Below, piece by piece: positions 50,824 through 62,146 of a DNA stretch of 64,000 nucleotides; positions within the stretch are counted from its first letter, which is position 1, and each line of letters starts with the position of its first letter. This DNA is from Chrysomallon squamiferum (lineage: Eukaryota; Animalia; Mollusca), in the NCBI GenBank assembly GCA_012295275.1, contig CM022671.1, positions 15,128,001 through 15,192,000 on the forward strand, given 5' to 3'. The notes beneath the pieces are model-generated. The model was given only the letters and a program-made list of their open reading frames with translations. It made no database searches and was not told the origin of the DNA. The position numbers and the translations under genes are program-made.

Positions 50824-52543
50824 GTATGTATGTATGTATGTATGTATGTATGTATGTATGCATGCATTTTCATTATGTATGATGTATGTATGTACAAAAT
50901 AAAAGCGATACAACTTAGAGCCAATAAACAAATATTAACAGCAATTTTTATCCCTAATAGACAAATACATATAGCACTTTTTAACGCCAATAAACAGATT
51001 AAAATGGCAATTTTTAGTGCCATCAAATATTCACAAAAATTTAAAGCCCTATGAATATTTGTTTTTAAAAAGCCAAGTTATCAACCTGGGGGGAAACAAA
51101 TACACACACACACATTTATATATTTATTTCTTATTTTATTTTGTTGAATAACTTTATGAAAAGAAATATTAGGAAGAAAAAAAAGAAACGAAACAAATTA
51201 AAATCATTTGTCATTAATAACAATACTGCACAAATTTATTATATAATTTGCAAATGTTTAACCTTGTTTATTTATATAGTTGTTTATTTATGACTATTTA
51301 TAAAGTAACATTTCAGCTTAGAGGAAGACGGATTTCCAGTTGATATTCTCCCTTCAGTGAAGGAATCTGGATCAGTGGCTGGTCACACTCAACATCTCTG
51401 GGGTCACATTGCAGTTGGAACACCTGTCTACACTGCTCTTGGAGATGTTCAGTGTGCATTTCTTTCAGCTCAGCAAAACATTACGGATGCTGGTGAATGC
51501 ATTTGGTTTTAATCCTTTCTTTATGAATTAATATTAAATAATAATTTAGTGTGTTAGTAATACAAATATTTTCAATTATTAATTTCCTGCATAAAAGCTT
51601 GATAAATTTTAATGTATTTCGTAAAGATATTTCCAAATTTTTTCTTCTTAAAAGTAAGTTAAATTTTACATTTGCCTGTTCAATTATTTCAGTGTTGAAT
51701 ATTGGAACTTCTCTACAGATGGGATTTGTGAAGAGGGGAACAGACTTTAATCCCTTATCAGATCATCTAGAAAGTGTGGATTATTTCCCATATTTTCAAG
51801 GCCACTATTTAGCACTGGCTGCAAGTCTGAATGGTGGAAATGTTTTGACAGTATTTGTTACCATGTTGCAAAGTTGGTTCAAGGAATTTTGTAAGTTATT
51901 GGTACTTAAATATCAAAAAATATGGATCTAATTTAGCTAATGTTTTTCTGATGTTATATTTGAAAATCATTTTAAACAATAAACAAAATACAAAAAACAA
52001 AACTTAATAATAAAAATAAAAAAATAACTTCAACAATTTTTTCCTTAAAAACACTGAGGAATGGAAATGACTTTAAAAAGGTGAAAAGCATTTGTAAAAT
52101 CATATTTATTTTTCTATTAATTTTACAGTGCACTTCACTGATATTTAATTTTAGCATTTAATGTGAGTGAGGAGGAACTGTGGAAAAAGCTAATTTCACT
52201 GGCTGATGTTGCAGAAAATAGTGGACTTAAAATTAAACCAACAATATTCGGTGAACGACACAAACCCTATGAGTATGGCAGTATTGTAGGTATCACCAAT
52301 GACAATACATCTCTAGGCAAGACATTCAAAGCTCTGTGTGAGGGAATCGTCGATAATCTTCATTCAATGATGCCTTCAGATTTTCTTAAATGTAATGGAG
52401 TAGAAAGGATTCTTGCTGTTGGAAAAGTGGTAGCCCAGAATTCAGTTATTCAAAAAAAACTTGAACAAGTCTATGACATGTTTCCTATACATTATGGTTT
52501 GTATGGAGATTCTTCAGTAGGTGTTGCTAAAGTTGTTATATAA
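50099..52543 (+). CDS. SHPK: Sedoheptulokinase (FGGY carbohydrate kinase family), ~471 aa, 4 exons
   Basis: Exons 50099-50751, 51317-51492, 51693-51890, 52155-52543 (1416 nt, in frame). Motifs LGIDIGTSSVK, IGITGQMHG, YTWMDQRCS, ATGFGCATIFWL, AASWGYF, ALGDVQC, LNIGTS, YFPYF, AASLNGGNVL, PTIFGERH, ALCEGIVDNLHSM. The true start may be the ATG at 50114 or 50117. Confidence 0.93.
50769..50860. repeat. (TATG)n microsatellite in SHPK intron 1
   Basis: Tetranucleotide run with one interruption, just downstream of the donor site. Confidence 0.95.
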
Positions 52544-53500
52544 GAATTAATAATGTATAAAATATTAGTTAGCATTTGGTTAGTAACTGATGATACAAGT
52601 AACCAACTCTATTCCATTTGTTTTTTTATTTACAAAATGACCAAAGAAAAGTCATTGCAGCAGGTCACAAAAAAAATGATCAGTCAATTTATAAAAAAAA
52701 TAATAAAGAAAACAACTCTGTGTAAATATTTTATATTTATTATATCTATTAACTATTACAAAGGTAAATGCTGTTTGCTAGGTTATGCCAGCTGGCATTA
52801 TAACTGGGAAAATAACTATTGAAATAAATTTTAAAATGTGTAAAATTAAATGGAAATAACTGGAATTGGCCAGAAAAATGTATGATTTGTTTTGTAAATA
52901 AAGGACAAAAGCCAATGTGTTCTGAAATGTGGTGACATCTTTTCCTGCCTTTTTTTTATTATTTCACTAATGTTCCTGTCAGTCATTATGCTTTGAAATA
53001 ATGAAAGAAAATAATTTACTGAAGAAAATAAGTATATATCATAGACATGTATCAAATAAAAAACCCAGTTATAGGAATTCATACAGAAAACTTTGTTTTT
53101 AACATATAATGTACATTTTTAATTATACTGGATATATTTAGCACTAGTTTATTTAATACTGTACAGGAAATATTAATCTACATTATTACTAGTGCATTCT
53201 TAAATTTGTTTTCCCATAATTGTAAGTAATAATTCATCAATACAACATTTTAACTATGTAAAGGCATGAATTTAGTGTTTCAGTTTCTTTTTCCTGTTAT
53301 TATTTATTAAACAGGTGAGATCCTGAATTCAAGGTGATGAAATAATGGATACCTTTAGTCAAAAATGGTAATAATAAAAACAATTCAAAAATAGGTTAGG
53401 AAAGAAAAGAAAGAAAAAAAAAAAGATCATGATTGTATATTAGTACAAAACTACAAATACATTCTTCACATTATTATAAACATATTTAAAATACTGAACA

Positions 53501-54420
53501 TTATGATTTAAATTCATCAACTGATTGTCCTTTCATGGAATCAGCTTGCAACAATTTTTCTGTTTTACTTGCATCAGAGGCTGCAATATCGTTTTCTGTA
53601 ATTTCTCCAAGCTCTTCATCTTCATCTTTTGCAGGATATAATTCTGGGTACTGGGACATGCATTCTTGCATTTTGTAAAACTGTTCATAACAATCCGAAC
53701 CCTTTGCTTCCTCTGTGCTATAATGAAAACAAGAAAATGCTTCTCTAAATTCCAAACCACAAGGACCACTAGCCATACCTCCCAAGCATGGACAATTCCA
53801 GTTTATATCTCCATTTGGTAAGATGAGACCTACAATAAAGAAAGCTGTGTAAAGAATCAAATCATTTTGTTATTTTGATTAATGCACATTAAAAATATGT
53901 TTAGTTTCTGGAAACAATCTGACCACTCACAAAACAGTGAATTTGTTCTTTCAGTTTTAACAGTACACAGAGCAGAGTCAGGTAATCATAATGACTTTAA
54001 AATAATATACAGAGGTGTATGATCTTGACATAATCAAAAATAAAATATCACCTGGTTCTTCATCATCATTTCCATCATCTGTTATTAAGGCTGCACTTGG
54101 CACCTCCAGTTCTTCCTTAGTTGCAAATATAATTCGATCTTTGCCTACAAATGAAAAAAATCCAATATGTTTGTTAACATCTTTCAGATATCAAAACATT
54201 AAAATAATAATAATAAAAATAATAATAAAAAAAAAAATAATAAAAAAATAGTACTAACAATCTGTAGGTATTGGCTGAAATGAAATACATTGTCAGACTA
54301 CTGTTTTACAGTTTGTTCTCACTTTAAAATAATAAACCAAAGCAAAATTCTGAGAATTGCACAATTTAATTTTATTTGTAAAGTTGAACTGAAACATAGA
54401 CACAAAAAAGAGATATATAC

Positions 54421-54472
<52 letters not shown>

Positions 54473-56662
54473 AAATATACTTTGAATTCATTTTAATGTG
54501 TTTCTTAACAAGTCCACAAAAGGAGTTGTTTTATAAAATATATGTATTTTCAACCATTTCTATGAACAACCAACAGCATTCTGCCTTACACTAAATAGTG
54601 TAAGCACAAAAAGGCTACATTGAATAATTCATTTTTGATTACTGTTACATCAATGAGGTGTACAGAAAAAGGGCAATGCTTTATTGCAGTCATGGCCACA
54701 ATCACTTATCTCCTTTATGAATTAAAATGAGATCTGTGATTAAAGAAGCTAACAATAAAGTTTTTTTAAGCATGAATTTCATTTAGAATAACATAACGTA
54801 ATAATTAGCCCCCCAAAAAATAAAGACAAAAAACATATAAAACAAAAATAACAGTCATAATTAAATTTGAATTTAAATGATTTACATTCAAACTATTTTA
54901 AAAGTTAAATATTCATCAGATTACTGGATGAAATAGAAATAAAAATACAGAAAAAATTAAAAACATTGATTCATATTCATTAAAAAATCAAAGTATTTCA
55001 ATTTTGTCATATTTATATTATGGCTGATGCCTAAAGCATCAATGTGAAGTCTAACAATCACCTGAAGATAAAATTTATAACAAATTAGAAAATTACCAAA
55101 TATATTAATATACTGATTATGCTCAATATTAGTGTAAGTGGATATTTGTTTGCTATATGTTTAATTGCTACTGTTTCTTTCTGCCATATTAATTCATGAA
55201 CCTTCTGGTGTTTTCATTACATATTAAATTGCTTGTTGTGTTGGTAGACAGGATTATAAACTTGTCTGTTTCTGTTAACTGTCACATTGGCAGTTTTTAA
55301 CCAATGTTTATTTATCCAAGCAGGTTTGTTGTTTGAACTGTAATTAATGTTTTATTGTGTTTATTGCTTATACTCAAATCTGCTCTATGATAGTATTATA
55401 ATATTAATCATATTCTGGTTACATTAACTCCTCTGCTTAAATCTAAAAAAGTGTTTTCTGACAGACAAAAGATAAATATTCATATTTATCCATGTGCAGT
55501 AGAACAGCTCAGATGTCCAGTGTACAATATAATTAACAAAGTTAAAATACATTAACTTTAATTACAGTAAAAATACTGTAATTTATGTTACATCTAACTA
55601 TGACGCATAAAATTAAAGTTTATTTTCTTTGAAAACTATTATTGTCATTCAGGAGTTAATTTGCAGTCTTTGATGTCAAAATGGTTGCTTAATAACAGAT
55701 TTTAAATCATAACATTATTCTGAATGCACATAGGCCACTTGCAAAACTGTAAACTCTTTATACTGTCTAAAGCAACTTCTGTTACTGCCCCATTGATATA
55801 TGTCAAAGGTTTCAATGATAAATTCTTTTGTAAAAAAATCTATGCAAGTTATAAAATGTCCAAGAACTTGATTTAACCAATTGCATGATTGCCTCATAAA
55901 CCACTCTTTCAGAAAAAAATGGCCCTGAAGATGCTTTAATTTAAAATGACAGAAACTTATAGTTACATCATAATTTTTTTTTTTTTAAATTCTGTCAACA
56001 TGTACATAATTTTATATGGAACAACATAATTAAAACTGCAAGTTCCAAGGTAAATTTGGTCGAAAGTTGTACTATTTTACTGATACCCACATTGGATCTG
56101 TTCATCAATTTGATACCCATGAACTATTATGTATTAGTCTTTACCAAGTAAGTATGGCTAACAAACCAAGAAGATGGTCCAAAAATGATGACCAAAATTT
56201 CATAGCCAGAAACTTTAAGCAGATATTAGGGATTATCAGTATATACTTTTTATGTAGTATGTAGAATGCGCAGTGCATATCATTCTTGGTACGACATACC
56301 TTTAATAAAAGGCACTGCTCTAGTGACTATTACTATCAATATTACTATTATTATTACTAAAGTGTTAACATCAAGGTAACTACGTTCATAACGACACCTT
56401 CGTGAAGATGAATATTTTGTCAACGACATGTAATTGTATCATTATATGTAATGACAGCTTCGGGAATATGTCCCCTAAAACGTGATGAGCTAGTCCTCTG
56501 GATTTGCATGCTCATCATGACATCTGATAATCAAAATCATTTCACCACTGACAATAACCTTTTGACTAAAAAATCTGACACATTTTAATAAGTATTTGTT
56601 AAAGTTAAATCTATGCACAAAACTGAATGAATATAAATACCGCTTTCACGACAATAAGACAT
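53501..56662 (-). CDS. CHCHD4: Mitochondrial intermembrane space import and assembly protein 40, 147 aa, 3 exons
   Basis: Exons 56662-56641 (MSYCRES-G), 54144-54052 ([11 protein letters not shown]...), 53829-53501 ([25 protein letters not shown]...). Redox CPC motif plus twin CX9C. 444 nt in frame. Confidence 0.95.
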
Positions 56663-57406
56663 TGCGAGATTCATTTACTGACGCCTTGATGCAATATTAG
56701 TATCACCTTCTAAGCACACATGGTAGTAAAAATGCTAGACTGGTTCTTATTATTAGTCTCGATTATCTGTAAAGGTTTTTTTTTTTAAAGTAAAATGACT
56801 ATAATTTCCAAATTAGAATTGGTATATTTAGAATTACGTTTAAGAAATACAATTTGTTATTGTTGGATACAGTCCAATATTGCAATCTATCCGGAAAGCG
56901 TTAAATAGCAAAATAATGAATTTCAATAAACCTCGTTAATTAAAACATTTATTTGCATATTATATAATGTGGTGAAAACAATTATATTCAAAGTGGATTC
57001 ATATGATGTGCAGACCGACGATAATTACAGCCAGAAATTACTCTATAACAAAACGTGCAGTTGTCAAGAATTTGTTAACGTCTGATAATATTTAATATTT
57101 GATACTATGCTCTTTCAGATCAGTTAGTTTCGAATTCATTGAAAACAACTATTCATTTATAATTCACAAATATATGCTCAAATTGAAAGCAATCTCGCAT
57201 GAGCTGCTTTTGATCCTGGAATGACTGGCAGTCATTTAGTGACCGGTAATTTTAAACTTAAAATTTAATAAGAATTTTTTTTTTTTTCTCAGAATTTTAT
57301 TATTTTATGGCTTGAACAAAGCGTCTTTTAAATCAAGAAAGTTAACAGGAAGGCAGGCAGTTCTTCTTTGATACTTTGTAATAATAAGATGATGTCATCA
57401 GTTTTT

Positions 57407-57744
57407 CAGGTACCTGACCGATTATCCGGCGTCCTGAAATCCGGAAAGACCAGAAAACCCCTAGTTTTTTTTACTGACACTATTTTCATAGTTCGCGCGC
57501 GCGGGTTTTGTCTTCACGAGACCGGAACTACTCTTTCAAGCCGCGTGGCGTTCATTCACTCGCCGCACCGTTTACGTGTCGAGTCGCCACAGTTGTGTAT
57601 CGTCAGTTTTCTTTATGTTTTTAATTTTAAAATATTTATGCCAAATGATTTACTATTTAGATGCCTTGGTACCAGAAAACCGGAAAATCCAATAATCTGA
57701 TATGCCCCAGGCCCAATGAGTCCGGATAACTGGTCCGGTACCTG
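57407..57744. mobile_element. Tc1/mariner (pogo/Tigger-like) MITE, 338 bp
   Basis: TIRs CAGGTACCTGACCGATTATCCGG and CCGGATAACTGGTCCGGTACCTG (20/23 match). TA follows the right end; the left flank is TT (degenerate). Confidence 0.8.
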
Positions 57745-57994
57745 TACCTCTAGGCAACCCCCAACTGATTCAAGACCAGATTTCACTGCAGAACAATTAC
57801 AAGGTAAAGTATGTTTTTCACTGCCTAAAGTAAAATTTGCATACTCTATTGTTTTTGTCATTTGATGCAGATCATCCAGTAATAAGTAACAAAGCACTTG
57901 TTTGTAATTAGAAGGCTGTTTCATGCAGTTAATAACCCATGTGCTCTGTCTACTGCAGACAGCCATTTTTAAACAATGCCACAAGAGGGCATTA

Positions 57995-58452
57995 GGTGCA
58001 TTTGGGGTACAGTGAATCGGGGTGCAGTGGCTCATTTTACTAACACTGCGTAGGCAACTATTGCCGCAAGTGCCTAATTTTGCTATCTTTCTTATCAGCA
58101 ACATCTTTTTAAACACTGTTATTTTGGTATTTATCAAATTTTCATTTTTAAAAATAAATACAATGTTTGTGAACATTAGATTGGAATATGGAGTCTTTTT
58201 TAACATTTGATTTACTGTGCTCCGTTCAATGGTTCACTCTGCCCCGGGACCTGCCCACAGTGAACCCAATTTTTATTTTTTATTTTTTAAATTTTTATTC
58301 AGCAAAAAATGGTGGCAATTGGCAGGTTATAAGTAAACATGTTTTATAGAGGTGAAATTCTATCATTTCCACATCAACATTAAGTACGCCGTCTTTAACG
58401 TAGAAATAATATTAAACAGAAGATTTCCGATCCACTGTGTCCCGGTCTCCCC
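57995..58452. mobile_element. TA-flanked MITE with imperfect 26-bp TIRs
   Basis: Left TA|GGTGCATTTGGGGTACAGTGAATCGG versus right-end reverse complement TA|GGGGAGACCGGGACACAGTGGATCGG. The inner 17 nt match 14/17. Subterminal GGGGYRCAGTG repeats are present. Confidence 0.6.
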
Positions 58453-61400
58453 TAATAATAATAAAATAGCAAGCGCGCGCCGTCACCTGCACCCACAAAC
58501 ACAGTAAATAAATAAATAAATAAATAATTTTTTTCACTTCGTCTGAATTTTTATAATAATCAGTTTATGGGTAAAGCTGAACTTATATCAGTGTTAAGAA
58601 CGTTTGATTGGATGGTAGTAATGGTTAAGACAATGGGCCACTGTAATTAGTGAAGCTGCTTAATTAAATCTCCATAGACACCTTGCCATTGGCTTGGCCT
58701 GTGAGTTGTTTGTCACCTTGTGTCATTGTTCATTTTCAAAGTGACAGCTGAACTGACAAGACAGTTTTACTACGTAGTCATTTTTTTTTTTTTAAATGTT
58801 AATTTTTTTAAAAATATGAAATCATTCATAACTGTAGGTTTTACTTTGCCATTAATTACAATTAATTAAATTTTGTATTTTGCTAATAATCATACTTTTA
58901 TATATTTTGTCCATAGGAATTCCAAAAAAATATATTTAATTCTATAAAGAACTAAATATATTTTTTATATAAATTATAAAATTCAGAAAGATTGGCATAT
59001 TATATTATTATTTTAGATCTTTTCTGTATTTTACTATTATTTTCATTTACTTCAAATGGCATTTATTTATGTTTTTAGCCTTAATGCAGAAATAAAAAAC
59101 AACTTCTAAACTGCTAAATGAAGAAATGACTGTTGAAAGGTTCTGGAAATACAGATTTAAAACTTTTTATTATATTAAAATTCAACATATTTTTCAAACT
59201 GAACAGTGACATTATAAAATAAAATAAAATAAATGAATAATTACTGGGTAATTGAAAAAAGTCAGTAATATTTAAAAAAGGATTTGTACCATACAATTAA
59301 TATTTTTTTAATATATTTTAAAGAAGATGGAAATAATGCTTAAAATTTATTTGTATTTTAATTTTAGAATTATTTGTTGTAATTTCTTAACAAGCAGTTA
59401 TATTTACAATAAGAATATTTTTCTTTTGCTAGTTATTTTATGGAGTGAAGACAATCATTTGAAAACTGTCAGCAAAAAAGAATGCATGCATGCAGAGAAT
59501 ACAAGAAATGAAATGTAGAAGAAAAATGACATTATCAAAACTTGTGACTTGAGATTCACTAATACATTTCTGTATGGTTCTGTAAGTGAACAAATATATT
59601 TTTTGTTACACCAGTAATTTTATAATATTAGTATTGTCACATTAGTTATGATATAGCAGCCTTACTTCTTGTTTACTATTCTTTAGAGACCTCAGAATCA
59701 CATTTGAATTTCCTTAGATGAATATGTGGAGTCATGTTTTTAACTCTGTTCATGATTTTCAATCTGGAAATCCTAAAAATATTTTTCCTATTTCGTTTTA
59801 TTTTATTTTTTGACATGATGCATTCAGTTTATCATACATAAAGTTACATTTTTTCACCAATCCACCAGTCACAAGAATATTTTTTGAAGTGGGTTTTCAT
59901 TTTCCTTAATTTTACTACAATATAATAATAATTATTGATCTAATGGAAAACTGTCAGCTAATGTAAGCTGACAAGTTACTAAAAGTTATGTTTTAAATTT
60001 GTGCAAAATTTTCTTTTAAACAGTTAGTGCTTTTTTAAAAACCACTGTTAGTTTTACTCAAGTAGAACTGTTCTGTTCATATTAATCAAAACTCGTGATT
60101 ACAGTAAAATGTCCTAGCAGATCAGTAACAACTATTTATATCAAACAAGCAGACACATGCACATACATGTGCAAAAAGAATATATATAAAAAAAAAAAAA
60201 ATCCTTTTATTAAAATAATATAAAAAATTAAAAATATTAAATATAGTTTTTGACATAAACTGCATTTATCTTAATTTAATTATCATAGTTGAAAAATACT
60301 ATTTAAATATTATAGATCTTTTTAACTGGGTAATATTTAATTTATTTACGTTTTGGACTGCAGTGTTTGTCTTATATATAACAAACATGTAGAAAGTACA
60401 GTGGTATATTAATAATAACAACTCCCAATTTACAGAAACACAAATACAGGAATAATATGAATTACAGTAGTTTTAAAATAATGGACTTCATAGCAATTGT
60501 CCATAACATTTGTTAATTACTGTTTTAAGGGTTCACATACTTGTTATAAATTTTGTTTTAATCGCAAATCTTTTAACATTTTATTTATTTTTATTATAGT
60601 TTTAAATCTATGATAATTTTTTAAATTATATGTTCAAATTAAAATTAAAAATACTTAAAATTTGTGCTGTTCCATATGGTAAACATTAGTACAAAAATAC
60701 CTTTTCAGTTTTAACAGTTAATTCCTTTTTAAATTATTAACTTTGAATGATTCAAAAATAAAGATAATTTATTTTAAATTTATTTTCAAAAACATGAATG
60801 GATATTATTTATTTTTATATATTTAAAAAAAAAAAAAAAAAAAAAAATTCGATCATTTTAATTTTAGCTTTATATCACCTGACTGTTCTTTGTGTATGCT
60901 CACACTGTTTTTTATCTGGAACTGTCAGTCTGACAAGTCATTGTGTCAGAATGCAGACTGATCTAAGGGTTCCTTGCCCTTGATGATAGCCAGTGGTTAG
61001 TCAGTTATTTGACATTTAGCTTAGGAACCTCTATTACAAGGTTTAATATTTTTGATGGGTCTTGCATAGGAATGATTTTTTATTTAAACCCCATATTATT
61101 TTATCTAACTGACCCTAAATTTTTAGAAATGTTTTTATTGTAAAGTTTTAACCTGTATTATACACTGAATTACAACATGGTTGTATTTATTATTATTTAA
61201 CTGTTTGCCATTAGATGACAAAAGCCTATTTCAGTGGACAAGATGTTTTGTAATTATAAAAATGAACTTTTCCATGGATTTATACTTGGTAGTAGACACA
61301 GATGGGACAGACAGTTTCAGAATTTTATTTTATTTTATTTTATTTATTTTTCTATAAACATTTTATTTATTAATTTAATTTTTCATCAGATATTTGCTTG

Positions 61401-61559
61401 TCTATTTTAAGTCTGTGTCCTGGGATTTTAGTAAAGTGCCCTTATTGTTTTCCCAGAACATAGTTTGAAATAGCTTGCTTAAGATCACCTAAATAATAAT
61501 CCAAATTTATCTGCTGTAAATTGTTTAGCTTTCTTCTATAGAATTTTTGCCATCATATT

Positions 61560-61790
61560 TACATGGCAGATTTGTAGAATAAATGAAGCTATCTTCATTT
61601 TTGTGTGACTCATTTGTAGAATATTCAAAATATCTTCATATATTTGTCTGACATGTTTGCAAAGTAATTCTGATATCTTCAAGTTTGTATGGCAGATTTG
61701 TGGAATGATTCAAGATGTCTTCTGCTTTTAGTGCAGATTTGTAGAATAATTCAGAAACCTTCATGTTTAAAGCAGATTTGTAGAACATTT
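61560..61790. repeat. Degenerate ~40-45-bp tandem repeat
   Basis: GCAGATTTGT(A/G)GAA core at ~61566, (61611), 61691, 61733 and 61772. Confidence 0.7.
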
Positions 61791-62146
61791 TTTTAATCAT
61801 AAATATTATAATATCACCTTGATTAAAGTAATAAAGTATCTGATGTGAGAGATACCTACCATGTTTAATAATTTCTAGCACCAAACATCTGAAATAACCA
61901 GTTTAATCACTGCAAGACATGGCCATAGTCAAAAATAGGAATAACCAATTCAGTGGTGGATCCAGAAATAAAATAAGGGGGAGGGGTGGCAGTTTAAAGT
62001 GTCAAGCTTACCTCGCTCTGTGTCATTTTGGCCCATGTCAAATTCATCTTTGATTCATGTGGTCAAAAATGAAATTGTTGAACATCTGTAAACTCCACTT
62101 TGTAGTTTTCTTCAGCATTGGCAACACTTGGGCCTTGTCCTCCACA

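Noticed and set aside
33770-51054. Poly-Ile, poly-Tyr and YVCM-repeat ORFs in the ORF track
   Set aside because: These are translations of (AAT)n, (AT)n and (TATG)n microsatellites.
50099-52543. SHPK as a bacterial horizontal transfer or part of a sedoheptulose-7-phosphate biosynthetic cluster
   Set aside because: It has spliceosomal introns and animal SHPK motifs, and no sugar-phosphate cyclase or other pathway gene is present in the window.
56482-56528. Plus-strand C/D box pair GTGATGA...CTGA as a snoRNA
   Set aside because: Only ~47 nt long and antisense to the host intron; kept only as part of the hairpin-cluster finding.
57613-58206. 197-aa minus-strand ORF
   Set aside because: Spans parts of two unrelated MITEs, has no transposase motifs, and is probably a chance ORF.
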